Source: Nemertoderma westbladi (taxonomy: Eukaryota; Animalia; Xenacoelomorpha). From it: DNA of 64,000 bases. How positions within the stretch are numbered: the first letter of the stretch is position 1; each line of letters begins with the position of its first letter. Made by a program: the position numbers and the translations under genes. The notes under the pieces were generated by a model. The model saw only the letters and a list, made by a program, of their open reading frames with translations, did no database searches and was not told the DNA's origin. Where the stretch lies: contig JAUCBJ010002525.1 in assembly GCA_032718475.1 (NCBI GenBank), positions 77-64,076 on the forward strand. The letters run 5' to 3'. Positions 36,633 to 50,400 of the stretch are shown piece after piece.

Positions 36633-37086
36633 ACCCTATTGGGACTCGAACCCGGTACCTACTGTAGGTTTCAAACTTCCGGTTGTCTTCAGCCGGGTGT
36701 GTGTGTCCTAAGACAACTGAGCTACCAGAACGTGTGAAGAATTTTATTCGCTATAGAGTGGATATTATACTTTGGCTTTTAACTAATCACTCAAAGGAAA
36801 GTACAGTACAACGTTATTAATTAACAGCCTGGTATACGGGGTAAAACAGTGGTTTCTACAACACTGTATAGTTATTCTTTGAGGCATGGTTGCCATTACT
36901 GGCAGAGCACGGGCATGTTGCACTTTCCTTTGAATGATTAGTTAAAGGTCAAAATATGATATCCACTCCATAGCGAATAACTTATTCTCCGTCCTGGTAG
37001 CTCAGTTGTCTTAGCACACACACAACCAGCTGATGATAACCGGTAGTTTGAAATCTAGGTACCGGATTCGAGCCCCAGTAGAGTTT
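36633..37086. repeat. Diverged inverted pair of tRNA-like (Pol III A/B-box) sequences
   Basis: Arms of about 175 bp (36633-36808 and 36915-37086), each with TAGCTCAGTTG and GGNTTCGAGYCC boxes. Confidence 0.65.
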
Positions 37087-37782
37087 GCGATATATGTTTA
37101 GTATGACACAGCTTCATTCAAAATATTAGCCATTGTATATTGGTCGCGCTTTTAGGCCTTTAACAGTTTAACCTGCTAATTTATATGTCTATTAATACCT
37201 GACAGCCCAATACAGATGAACTCAGCCGAAGCCAGTCTAGCGCAGCGAATGACCCACCGGAGGTGGGAGACTGGATTCGATAGCACAGAGAGCCGTAGGA
37301 CACTTTGTATTATTCGATTGATCTTTACTATATAATCTCCAAAAACTATGCTTATTTTCAGTTAAATAGTAAAAGTTCCTTTTAGGTGCTGCGCTATAAA
37401 TACTACGCAGAGATATGACTTATAGTAATACTAATTACAACGGGCGGGCATGAGATAACGCAAATGTTTACATCCTATAGTATTTATTGAACGTTCACAC
37501 GCTAGCACGGACGGACAATCCCTGCAAACAGTGAACGTTAAACTAACGTTAGATTTGTGTCTAAGTTTCGTTAAAATTTAACATTGCCAAAACTAACAAT
37601 AATCAAACGTTAATAACCGTTACACTTTAGTTGAAAATCAACATTTAGTAATTGAACTATAACCATACGTTCAATCAACGTTATAGTTTAGTTAAAAAAT
37701 AACGATTTAAAACTTAGTCTAATCAAACGTTACATTGCCGTTGATTTTCAACGTATCAACAATTTAAATATTTGAACGTTAA

Positions 37783-39218
37783 CCCTATTATCACTGGGGT
37801 GTTTTGACCATTAGCACCACTGGGGGGGGGGGGGGGGGGGCGATTCGGCCCACCCACTATATTTTTGTAGTCGTCCAATGAAATCCTACAAAATTTGGGC
37901 TGTTGGTGAAACAACTATAGATGAACACAACCAAACCTTAAAAAGTTAAAATTTCATAAGCAGGGACTCATAATTTTGATGAAAAATAAAAGTAGTCCCA
38001 GGACAAAATTACAAAATTTTTCGTTTTCTAAAAACTAATAGTGTGGCAGTATTGGCTAGATTTAGTAGGTTTTTCAAGACGCTGAATCGAATGTGATTAT
38101 ATTCCACTTCCAAAAATTGAAGTGGATGCTATTTTTCGTGCACCTAAGAAGTGGGCGTGGCACTTCAAATTTTGAAAAATTAGATATTCAGAAAATGCCC
38201 CTAATTTTTTTATTTCAACGCATCTTTATGGGTTTTACAGACCGCTGAATCGATTGAAAGTAATATAGAAGCCTGAAGACTTAGAAGTTAGCCATTTTTT
38301 GAAATCAAAACTTTAGTGTTTTTTCCGAATAAAGTAATTTTGAAAATTTGAAGTGCCACGCCCTAATTTTGGTGCACCGAAAATTACGTACACAAAGGAT
38401 TTGAGGCTTCTATATTACTTTCAATCGATTCAGCGCTCCAGAAAACCTATAAAATTAATTTGAAATCAAAACTTTAGTGAATTTTCCGAATCTCGTATTT
38501 TTCAAAATTTGAAGTGCCACGCCCTAATTTTGGTGCACCAAAAATGGCGAACCACTAAGTCTTCAGGCTTCTATATTACTTTCAATCGATTCAGCGCTCC
38601 AGAAAACCTATAAAAATGCTTTGCAAATCAAAACTTTAGTGTATTTTCCGAATCTCGTATTTTTCAAAATTTGAAGTGCCACGCCCTAATTTTGGTGCAC
38701 CAAAAATGGCGAACCACTAAGTCTTCAGGCTTCTATACTACTTTTAATCGATTCAGCGCTCCAGAAAACCAATAAAAATGCTTCGAAATCAGAACTTTAG
38801 TAAATTTTCCGAATAAAGTAATTTTGAAATTTTAAAGTGCCACGCCCTAAATTTGGTGCTCCAAAAATGACGTACCACTACACTTACATACTTGTATAGA
38901 GCATTAGAGTGATCCAAACCAATAAAAATAAATAAAAATAGCCCAAACATAAATAATTACTAAATCACGAATGACTTTGTAAAATTCGAAAATTTCAAAA
39001 AATTTGGTGCTGGAGACCAAATTTTGAGGTGGCACCCACATCGAAAAGTAGAAATCCAATTGCAACGGCGTTTTTTGCAAAATATGCGGCATTAAATTTG
39101 GCTAATTCTCACAAAAAATTGGGCCGGTACGTAATGTGGTTGCATAGTTACAGCAACTAAAAACTAGGAAGGGGCCGATTCCCCCCCCCCCCCCCCCCCC
39201 CCCCCAGTGGTAATAGGG
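37783..39218. mobile_element. piggyBac-like MITE
   Basis: TTAA TSD, termini CCCTATTATCACTGGGG and CCCCAGTGGTAATAGGG, internal 161-bp tandem units (38350-38880) plus an inverted copy. Confidence 0.88.
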
Positions 39219-39350
39219 TTAAATGAACGTTACACTTTAGTTGGGAATTCACAGAAAACATGTCATGTACTCCCTAAATTGTGATTGGATGAATAACGCG
39301 TACAATTTCTAATCTACTAAAATTAGCAGTGCATTCCCAGCAATAGACAT

Positions 39351-40009
39351 CGTGGGGACTTCGCGCAGCACGTAGTCGGCAAGCCTTGGCATACGGTTCA
39401 TATAGAGCAAATGGGGCATGTCTAGTTTGAACCCCATATCCCATGCTATAAATGTATTCATTCGATATACAATCATATGTTAATCCGCTAGGTGGTGTCA
39501 AATTGTTATTCTGCAATTTTGTACTTACCAGTGCAGCACTGTACAGCAGTACCGTACCGGTAGGCCTATGAGTCTCTTCTGAGGCCTCTTCTGAGTGACC
39601 TTCTGAGTCTCTAGCGGATCCCCAATTAAATGTCTTAACTTTTCAATTTCGTAAAAGATAGACTTCATGATTCTCTACAGGCCACCAAAATTTCAGCTCA
39701 GGAAAATGAGGCCTTCCCGAGAAATTTAACATTTTCTAAAAACCACAAAATCTGTCGTAGCCTCGTAGCTGACGTCAGACTGCATGATTTTTCACCAAAC
39801 TTTACAAACTTTCTAAACTTTCTCTCTACTACTTGCCTACTAAGTTTGGTTCAATTCCGAACCAGCGATGCCGAGAAATTCGCGTTCAAACATTTACCAG
39901 ACAGACGGACGGACAGACAGACAGACGGACAGACAGACAGACGGACATGCCCCATTTACCCTATATGAACCGTATGCCAAGGCTCGCCGACTACGTGTCT
40001 CGCCCCACA
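39351..40009 (-). mobile_element. Helentron/HINE (DINE-1-like) non-autonomous element
   Basis: Imperfect inverted ends of about 55 bp and a (GACA/GACG)n microsatellite at 39900-39947. Same end motifs as the copies at 35.0, 43.7 and 46.1 kb. Confidence 0.65.
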
Positions 40010-40822
40010 TACATTATTGCTGCTGAAGTTTAATATTCAATAACAGCCAACAAACAGTTATAAGATATTTTTTACTTCATAGTGACAGGATTTTTATTTC
40101 TGAATAATATTGTTTCAACATTTTTCATGTATGATATTTCTTTATTTTTGCAAGAGTAGGGCTAAGTAATGGTGGTTTAATTCGGTGGTTTAATATATAA
40201 CCAAATGAAATTGCTTGTAAATTTTCCATTGGGGTCTTCCCGCCAATATATCGCACCGTATATGTAGGCCTAGTTCATTTTTTAAAATATTGGCAAAAAA
40301 TATTTTACTTCATATCTATCCAGCTCATACTGTAACTACAGTAACCAAGTTGCAATGGTTCCTCTGAGTTTGCATTGTATACCAGTATACGTCTAGACAG
40401 TGAGAAACCCCACACCCCAAAAGCAATCTATTGTTGATTCTTCTCAATGTAAGATGCTTTCTGAAGATTCTCCTGCTGGACCTCTGCCCCTCCTAAAAAG
40501 TCCCTGTAAAATCCCGGTTACATCAGATGCAATGAGGATCCTTATGTTCTCCACAGATTCACCCATAGTCTAAGGTTAAAAAACCTATAAGTTTCCAAGC
40601 TTAGAGTATTAGGCTTACTGTGATAGCTTTAGGGTAGTTGTATTGAATAAACAAGGCAATGGCAGAGAGACTACCAGTATTCACTGGATCAAGTAAAAGA
40701 AGCAAGCGTCGGAGATTGACAAAGGAGTTACACAGTCTTTAGAATTCGAATCTGTATCTGATTATTTTGATTCCCCAGCTCCGTCTAATGTCGCTTCGAG
40801 TATTTCTAATCAAAACTTATGC

Positions 40823-41734
40823 ATGGATTTGCCAATAACGCAATCTTCTCATGAACATGCTCAATATCAACGCGATAGTGGTGATGCTCTTATTACAAAT
40901 TGTGATCAACCCCAATCTATCAGTGATTCGGAATCTGATCTTTCTGTCCTTTTGGTGGATGATCAGGCGAAAGAGGTATTTTGTAATCTTGAGCCAGATT
41001 CATATGAAGACGAAGCTGGACTTTGTTCAATTGAGGATATTGAACCCCCAAACACTTCATTTAAACGAATTAAATTCGTTTAAATGAAGTCCAAGTTATC
41101 AAATGCTGTTGCGCAAATGTTTTCTAAGACTGGGCGTCGGAGCACGAAAGAATCCTTTGAAGATTCGTATCCCCGTGTGTTGGCCTGTTTTAAACGTAAG
41201 AAAATTTTACTCATAATATATTAATATGATTAATTAATACTCATATTAATATTATTATAATATAATATTATAATATTAATAATTGCAGAAAAAAATGCAG
41301 TTACAAACTCGTGTTTCAGTGTCGTTTGTTTAGATTTTCTGTTTTGGGAAAGAAACAGGTTACTCAAGGATAGGATAAAATTCTATACGAAACAATTTAT
41401 CGTGATACGTCCAGAATGTGATTTTGAGTAAAGCTCACATATTGTTGTTATACAGTAAGCATTTTTAATGTGCTAATTTATTCAATTGAAAATTATAAGA
41501 AATTAGTAGATTTTTTAACAATACATTAAAATTTGATATACGATACGAATTACGAAAATAAATGTCGCATCGAATCATTATATCCTGTTTAGAGAGCGAC
41601 AAATGTTATAATCATTTTACTGGCTCATAGGTGCGCTGCTGAAAGATGGACGATTCCAGGAAACGGCTGTAGATGGGGCGATTTCTATATTTTTCAGGCA
41701 GGCGCCTAATAGATACGGAGGAGCTAACTATTAA
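40823..41734 (+). pseudogene. Spliced DUF4806-like transposon accessory gene remnant
   Basis: Frame continues past one TAA (41081-41083) into LSNAVAQMFSKTGRRSTKESF, a GT-AG intron (41196-41630), then AISIFFRQAPNRYGG*. Resemblance judged by eye. Confidence 0.5.
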
Positions 41735-42215
41735 GTCAACTTCTATGTCACTTCAGCTTCTAAAATTGTATTAATTGAATATTATATTGTTTTGAGTGTC
41801 CGTATACTGAAATATAACATAAGAAAGGATTTTAGGCTACTTAGCTACTTAGCTACTCTAGAGCTACTTAGGCCTACTGTATATTTCCCCACATACTGTA
41901 CTGCGCGTTATATAATTTTTCGAATTAGTAAGATATCGCAATTACGATAGCTTTAAATAAGGTAGCTTTAATTTTAATTCCAACTGAGAAAAATTAGTAA
42001 AATGATATTATATACGGAGTAAAATACTACATTGTGTTGTGAAAACTGAACCGTAGATACGAATTTCTACTGAACTAAGCGGGTTCAAATTTGGAGTTCA
42101 CAAAGGATTATTAAATAAATTTACTATACCCTCATTGTAAAATTGTAAATTTAGTAAGTTAAATTAAAGTAAGTTAAAGTTAGTAAGTAAGTTAAATTTT
42201 AATTTATTGTAAATT

Positions 42216-42658
42216 GAGGCATGGGTAGCCTTGAATAGGCTTTCCAGGATTTGGAAGTCACCGAGAATTAATCGGAAACTTAAGGTCCGATTATTTAGAG
42301 CAGCAGTAGTTCCAGTACTCCTCTATGGGAGTCCATGCTGGGCTTTAACTGATGAGGACACCAAATCTTTGGATGGCACATTCACAAGAATGTTACGCCG
42401 GGTTCATTGTGTCAAGTACAATGCACACATCTCCAAGCAGACACTATATAACATTGGAGATGTCCCATTGGTTCCCCCAAGCGTGACACTAGAACAAAAT
42501 TGCCTCCGCTTTGCAGGACATTGCTTTCGCCGTGAGGACCAGCCAGTGCATAATCTTGTACTTTGGCAGCCTCATTGAGTGAAAAAGCATGGTGGACAGC
42601 CCATGACTTTCTTGGGACGCATCTTAAAGGACATTGGCCTTGAAGATGCGGATGATCA
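42216..42658 (+). mobile_element. RTE LINE fragment
   Basis: LSRIWKS...KVRLFRAAV.PVLLYGS...AGHCFRR, homologous to the 32-kb copy. Confidence 0.88.
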
Positions 42659-43651
42659 GTAACAGTAAATAATACAGTAACAGTAAATATCTAAATATTG
42701 TTAAAAACAATTTTTGCACAATAAACAAACTTCGAGAGGGGGGCGGGGTGGGTGTTTTGCCTGTCATGCCCCCTCTACACAACATTGTTCACTCCTTGGT
42801 GGAAATAAAGGAGGAAGGAGGAGTTGAAGAATGTCCAAGGAACTTTAAAAATAATGGAATTGATTCAAGGAGAGACTCTTCAGTCAGAGTTCCTGTTCCC
42901 CGACCAGCCAGTAGTCTTCTCCTGAGGATTTAGCCAAATGGGAAAAGGCCCTAAAGGAGAATAATGCACTGGCAAAGTATACAGTAAGGTGAGAATGATA
43001 ATGGCATCTTTATCCTTTTATCCTATATGGGAAGTCGAATTTGACATTAAATTATTTAACAAATTGTGTAAAACAGAATCAGGAATTGTTGAAGATTACT
43101 ACCTTCGGGTAGTGGCTATCGAAAGAAGAGCCTTCGGATCGCTTCCGGCTTCAGCCGACTGTTTGCTTTGCTCGATACGTTCTCGAAACGTATTCTTTTG
43201 ATTTCTTATTATTTGTTCTAGATCAGTAATTAATCATTTTTATTAATGTGTTTATATATTTTAGCATTAAAATGTTAGTAAGCTAAAATGTTAGTAAGCG
43301 AGGAGTTTTTTCTAATCTTTGTAGATTGACGAATTCTCCAACTTCTCACAATCACTATCGGCTGCGAGTTTTGCCATCTGTGCACGATGGATGGAAACAC
43401 ATTCGCCGAGAAATATGCAAAAACCGCTAGACATGCCATCGGGAAAATTAATCGTTCTAAGATGTATTAAAGGTTAGACAATTTTTCATATTATTTGTTA
43501 CATACTGATATGGAATTGTTACAGTATAATACGCCAGTACACATATTGTTACAGTACATATAGGCTACGCCGGTACACATACAGTACATTGACGCTAATG
43601 CAAGTTGGCATATGACATTTATTTATTTATTTCTAACATTTATTGACTCAT

Positions 43652-44342
43652 TGTGGGGCCTTCGCTCAGCACGAAAGTCTATAAGAAAGTTACTAATCTC
43701 TATTAGATAAACGGAAACCGTCATTTCCAAGATATCAATCAGTGATGCATAAACTGGTTGTAAAAAGCAGAGGTCCATTTCAGTTTAGCCTTACACGCTT
43801 TTTAACTATTTAACTTGACTTGAGTATTTAACCTGCCTTAACACGATTTATAGAAGATGGATACTTGTATCCACTACAAAACTTGTTGCGTTCGTCCTAT
43901 ACAACCTGGTCACCAAATATATGCCTTAAAACATTCCTTTGGCAATATTGGATAAAGTGTCAACCGTCTAATATGCTAAACCAGGTTGTTTACGAGTTAT
44001 ATTTAAAACTCTCGTCTTCATTACAACCCTCGTTGCACTCGTCCTGTACATCTGATCACCAAATAACTAGCATAAGACATTCCACCACCGGTGCTATCAA
44101 ATTGACATATCGTCCAATATTCTGTACTAAAGCTTGCAAGTATAGTCAACATAATGCTAGTCTCTTCATTAGCTCATCCTGAAGGCCCCACGCAAATTCT
44201 AATTGGAAAATTTATAAACTTTTACCAAACAACATGTGTACTAAGTTTGATTAGATTTCATCGAGAATTAGCCGAGTTATTCACATTTCAAAACACGGAC
44301 CTACAGATCTAGAGAACACTTACTTTCATGGCTCGCCCCGCA
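43652..44342 (-). mobile_element. Helentron/HINE-like copy
   Basis: Ends TGTGGGGCCTTCGCTCAGCACG ... TGGCTCGCCCCGCA. Confidence 0.55.
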
Positions 44343-44559
44343 TTCACGCAGTAGGATAATTTGAACATAGTATTATTGTGTTTCATTTTATGTAAAGAAA
44401 GTAAAGTAAATAACTTTATTCTGTACCCTAGGAAGAACTGCTATAGTTTGAAGCTCGTAACATAATAACCTAACAAAACACGTCCGCGGGGCCTTCGCGC
44501 AGCACGAGGCTCAGTTAGAGATACAAATTTAAATTAATTTTCAATTAAATTTCTTCTAG

Positions 44560-44664
44560 CTTTCTCACTGAACACTAGGCCTATGGTGTTGACGCGAAGA
44601 TAGAGAAAGTGATTACAAACTATTTTGTTCAAGTTGCGCGGCGCGCTGGTGGATCTAAGCACAT
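44560..44664 (+). pseudogene. Exon of a second DUF4806-like remnant
   Basis: AG/GTAAGT-bounded segment reading IEKVITNYFVQVARRAGG, parallel to the 41.7-kb C-terminus, with one stop. Confidence 0.35.
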
Positions 44665-46058
44665 GTAAGTATAATTATATTATAATGCATAGACCTCAAA
44701 ATTTAATTAAATATTATAATTTAATGCAATGGTGCGATTATGGGTATATAAAGAAAGATTAGTTTTGTATTAGATAAATAATAGTGGTGAGGATTTGTGT
44801 GTTAAATATTATGCATGTGGGTGGGTTGGTTTAGGTTTGAGGATTTATAACATAATTTTCTTAACTTATATCATGGAATACCGTTTCGCTGTCAACTTAA
44901 TATTACGGTAATCTTAATAATGTAATCAATGAAATCTTAATTAATGTAATCTTAATTACTTTACAGTGCTAGAAAAGTTGGAGGAGCCGAGGAGTGTATC
45001 GCAATCGAAAAGATAGAAAACGAAATCGAGACTGGAATTGAGACTTTTGATTGGACTTATAAGAACTTTATACCGTAGGGCATGATTGGACTTATAAGAA
45101 CTTTATACCGTAGGACATGTGCATAAAATAGGTCAACCTTTATTTATATTTATATCAAATTTTAATTGTTTGTTTCTTGCAATATCTTTTCAATTAATAA
45201 TAAAATTGTAATAGATTGTCCTATTAGGTATCGGAAAGTTCTGTGTTTTTATACCTACGAGATTAGCACTACATTGGGGATTAACCAGACATTATTGTAA
45301 ATTACTGTTGTTGGATATATTTATTTACTCTAAGATAATAAGATAAAAGCATTGCGTCTTGGGTTGGTGGGTTTCATTTCCATATTTTCAACGGGTGTAC
45401 ACATACTAACATTATTATTCACATTATGATTATAATATTAATTAATAGCGTTTTTACCCATTGTTATTCTGTAATATTATAAAACAAACCGCACCAATTT
45501 TGTTCAGGCGTAATAAGTTTTTGCATTTATAGAAATAACATTGTTTATATGGAAACTCTATGTAAGCCTATTACAAGATAATACCAACATGCATTTAATA
45601 ACATTAAAATCATAATGTTTTAGTATTGATGTACTAATGTTAGAATAATAATGAGAAAATAGTGAGAAAAAAATCAGGAATGCTATGAGAATGCTATGAA
45701 ATAATTCCAATATTAGCTTAATGTTTGAATAACATTAGAATGTTAAGGGTGGGAAATTTACAAACTATTCGAATTCCAATGTTAAAATAACACTGATTAA
45801 TATTGGTTACCAAATACTGCCAAAAGTGCACTTGTATTGCACAGGGTCCGAGCGCTTTGCCAAAAAAATATTAAAACTGGCATTAGTTTAACATTTGAAT
45901 TTTAATATTTTATTATATGAATAAAGATGTTAATAAACATTATTTTAATGTTGCTATGGTTTGCAGGGTAGGCGTATACTTCAAACTCCGTATATTAATG
46001 TTATCATAAACAATTTGAATATACTTATCTCTATATATACTACACGGCAATCTTATGT

Positions 46059-46486
46059 TGTGGGGCGAGCCACGAAATTTAGCGAGCTTAGCATATACCC
46101 ATAGGGTAATCCACTAATACCTATACATAGCATAACCACTATTTTAAGTACTTGTGTGTCGGTCTGCCGTGTCTAATCATTGAAAGCTTACTTATCAGGA
46201 ACTCTGCACATTATTGAACTAAACTTTGTATGACTGATCTATGAATAAAGTTTAGAAAGTTTACATACAGACAGACTTCTACAGTTCCCCTGTCGGCCGG
46301 CCGCTAGGAGGCTACGTGACTAAAGTACAAATGTCCTCTGTTAACATTGCTTTTAATCGTTCAAGCTGAAAATTTGACAGATACAGTATGTACTACTGTA
46401 GACCATCAACTGTGCCAAATCCGCCTGCATTTCTCTATTCTGCTGCTAGAATTCGAAATTTCTAATAGCTGCGCGAAGGTCCCACA
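46059..46486 (+). mobile_element. Helentron/HINE-like copy
   Basis: Ends TGTGGGGCGAGCCACG ... GCTGCGCGAAGGTCCCACA. Confidence 0.55.
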
Positions 46487-46502
46487 ACGTCCGTTATATG
46501 AT

Positions 46503-46770
46503 TCAGCTTTGCAGGACATTGCTTTCGCCGTGAGGACCAACCAGTGCATAATCTTGTACTTTGGCAGCCTCATGGAGTGAATAAGCATGGTGGACAGCCC
46601 ATGACTTTCTTGAGACGCATCTTAAAGGACACTGGCCTTAAAGATGCGGATGATCTAGCAAATGTCATGGGTGATAGGGAGTTGTGGCGGTGCAATTTTG
46701 TTGACAAGCCGGCACAGCATTCTTAAAAATGCAGCTGCAATGCAGCATGCCGATCCTAGTAGTAGTAGTA
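46503..46770 (+). mobile_element. 5'-truncated RTE LINE
   Basis: HNLVLWQP...GGQPMTF, (TAG)n tail and 10-bp TSD gttatatgat. Confidence 0.88.
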
Positions 46771-48734
46771 GTTATATGATAAGACATGAACTAAGTACAG
46801 TAAGCTATTTTTAAAAGTATAAACTACTTAATTACACCATCACCTAGAAAATAGTAAATTTATTTTATTCCGGTAGCTGCCCCCTCCCTTTTTTTTACAA
46901 ATCTGATGAGATTGCATGGAATTTGAAATGGAGATAGTTTCACCTCTGTGCCGTGTGGGGGGGGGGGGGGGGGGCAGGTAACCAGAATAAAGACACTGCA
47001 TTCCAGGACATGGTCTAAGCCTACTTAATTCAGAATATTGCTTTACTATTAATTGCTTGAACTGGTTTAAAACTGGACGCAATAAAAATTCACCCCTCTC
47101 CAGGGGAAACTCGACGCAAATAATAGCTGATTACTCTCAAAGATAAAACTGTAACCTGTTCTATTGTGTTTAGTTTATTGTTTTGGTTAAAATAACGTGC
47201 CACTGTAACCTGTCTATATGAAATATACTGATAAAATATACTGTTCCTTTCACTAAATTGAGAATTTAACATTGAGGCGGGATATTAATTATTAATTCGC
47301 CAAGGCGCGTTTTGCGTCCAGTTTCCCACCCTGTCTCGGTTTATTATGTACTAACAAATTATAATATCTTAATTATATACATTATACATTTATGATTAAT
47401 ACGTTAATATTATGTTCCAATTCAAGTTTTGGATTATACATTAACAACAACGATATTTTATATTTGTATGAATAAACTACACCCCTAGTTAGTTCATACA
47501 GTAGTTTAGTTTAAATTAACGTTTGAACTGCGGCCAAACCAACGATAATTCAACAGTATGCAACGTTTAAAAATAACGTTCATTTGTTAAAAAGTGAGCG
47601 TTGTATAACGTTACATGAACGTTAAATTGTTTGCAGGGATAGTACTGAAACATGCTAATTTTCCAACAGTCACCAATTTTACTCGCATATAGGGAGAACT
47701 TAACTCACGTACGTTGGGGACTATGAAACAGCATAAACTCATACAAACCACTGTTATTTGAACTAAGCAATTGTGAATAGTATACCCCTCCGCTTACCTC
47801 AATAAATCATGAAAACCAAGAGATCTACCGGTTATTCGCAAGTATTCTCCAACTACTGTATTAACATTACTCCATATGTTACAAATTACAACAGATTATA
47901 ACAGCATAAATCAGTATAAAAATGCGGTGTTGCAGCAATATCAGACAGTCAGGACGTGTTGCAGTGAGTAGCGAGTCTGCACGTGCGGTACTGTGGTGTC
48001 AACGTGTGTAGACGTTATGCAAACGTGTCAACGTTGTAATCGATTTGCGTTCTGTATCTCTCTAGCCACTGGTGTCTCTGGGCACAGAGTCAGGAAGTGT
48101 ATAAACACTCACACTGAGGGGCTGCAAGAATATTCTTGCCTCAAGTAGTCCACAAAGCTTGAATCACATCGAACGCTGTAGAACGTATGGAATCTACAAG
48201 AACTTCCAATCAGGGACCAGTATCCATGCCATCAACCCGTAACCAATGGATCCAGTAATTCAGGCTATGGGGTGACGTAGGAGGGAAAGTATACTGATTG
48301 AACGGTGACTAACAGAGAAGGGTGTAAACTTTTTTTTGGGATAGGTAGGTGGTAGCTAATCATCAATTTATTATTCCATTACTAAATTATAAAATCAGGC
48401 GAAGCACAAATTAATTAAGTAGAATAATTAAGATTGAAGCACAGGTTAACAATAAATATTTACAATAAAGAAACAGATATGTAATCAGTACATATCTGGG
48501 TCAACACCCCGAATCCCCGCCCCATCCCCAAACCCGAAGCCCCGCCACGGCCTCCTACCACCCCGGAGGAAAGTGTAAACAGAAGGGTGTAAACAAAGAG
48601 AATAGTATCCAATGGCTGGTGATTTCGTAATCTGAGCATTTGGGTTTCTGTAGCAATGTACGGGAAAGTGTTGTACTTAGAGTAAACGCTAGAGGGAGTA
48701 AGTTTACATTAGTTCATAAAGATACAAAGTTCTT

Positions 48735-50400
48735 AAAGAGTTTTTAAGGGTTTAGAGTAACCAGCGCATTGTGTAAAAATAGGGACACTTTGGCTGCATA
48801 AGCTTAAACACCACTCCCAGAAAATGGGACTTAAGTCTATAAAATGAAGGTCTGCGCTATCCCAAGCTCGTATGTATCGCAATACAATCAACTCATTTAC
48901 GCTCTCCATGTCGTGGTTAAAAGGGCAATCCCAACTAGCGTTATAAAGTACCTCGATGTCGGGGCCAAAGGGGCAGTTTGCTTAAGTTGGCAATGCGCGC
49001 ACAGGGTGGCAAAGACCAAACAGGAGAAGAAGATGTGATCGTCGTTAATACGGCAGTTGGGACAGTGAAGTTTGATACGACTATCGGTGAGGCGCTCACA
49101 AAGAACTCCAGGTTGGGTGGGAGCCTTGTGTGTGGGAAGACCACAATGCGCACAACAGACATGTTTGCGAAATAACGCATAACGGAAACCTCGAACTGTG
49201 AGCCGCTCGGTACCGCGATACCAGTCAATCAAGGCGGACTCGTTGTCGGGGGTGAGCACGACAGTGGTGGCTACTGAGGTCGCTTCTAGGTGGATTGGTT
49301 CCTCCGCTTGGTCGGGGACGTCCATAACATCAGTCTGTATTTGTCCAACCGAGAAACCAGGTTTGATAATGGGTCTCTCGATCACTGATTGATGGAGATT
49401 GGAAATACATTCGTCTCTGAATATGGCAAAGCCACCGCTGGCTAGCTCATCCACTACGGAGCGACGTAGCTCTCGCTGAGACAGTAACTTCACGCGAAAC
49501 TGACTGTCAATGTTGGCAAAGGGAGTTAGGAAACGCTGAAAGCATTCGAAGTTCAGGAATTTACCAAGTTCATCGAGTTTGGCAAGTTGTGTTCCCAACT
49601 ACAATGAGTGCGCTCTCAGTGTACAGCTACAGACATCCGCAAGCCATCCTGATAACGCTTGGTTTTTTTTTCGAATAAGAGGTATATCGCTAACGAGGGG
49701 CGCAAAGGGACGCTCATGTAGCTATATACGTACAGCGCCAGGGGCGGTGAGTGATCCTTGAAAGTAATAAGGCGAATATGAATCACCATAGACCTTGGAA
49801 TACGTCTCGCGATCGGTCTCTTTGAAGTTCCAACCATACTCTTGAAACACGATGTGGCCAGAGGTCAACTCTGCTATATGTATCGTTAGCGTTTCATCCA
49901 TGTCCAATAAATCGTATCCTCCATACGTGAAACGCATATAACTATGTTTAGGGCAACGTTCACGGGGGTGATTAACCGGTTGGCACCATCGTGCATGGTC
50001 ATCATGGTTTACTTGTTGGTTAGGGTGTGGACAGTCGTCACAGTAATACCATAATTTAAAGTCCTGACGACTTACGTGCGGAGGTCGGGAACCAGTTTTA
50101 CAATACTCCTCCATGGCGTCCGTACGATCCGGCAATACGGTAGGCCTAAAGGTCTAGCCGCGGTGAGGTACATCATCTTATGGTACAAACGCTTAAGTTA
50201 CGCTATTGGATCAGGGTGGATGCCTTTGGGGTAATGAGTTTGCAGATTTTGAGCTGCCGCCACGTTCAAATACGTTTCTCTGAGGAAAGTGATTGAATCC
50301 TCAAATATAGCTGCGTTGTCGCTAGCTTCCGCCTCTTTCGTTGACATGGCATCCCGAATCGCATCTTCGACGACAGTTAAAAACCATTCCGGTCTCACAA
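48735..50400 (-). pseudogene. Cluster of decayed, tightly packed Cys/His-rich ORFs of unknown origin
   Basis: ORFs at 50398-50198, 50135-49722, 49717-49616 plus 49598-48897, and 48910-48735, all co-oriented, abutting or overlapping, with CxxC motifs and GC content visibly above the flanks. Confidence 0.5.

Larger units (their letters stand above)
37520..47638. mobile_element. CMC/EnSpm-like DNA transposon of about 10 kb with nested insertions
   Basis: Termini CCCTGCAAACA and TGTTTGCAGGG, 2-bp TSD AT, and dense AACGTT subterminal repeats at both ends. A second related right end (AACATT repeats, ...TTTGCAGGG) lies near 45968. Confidence 0.75.
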
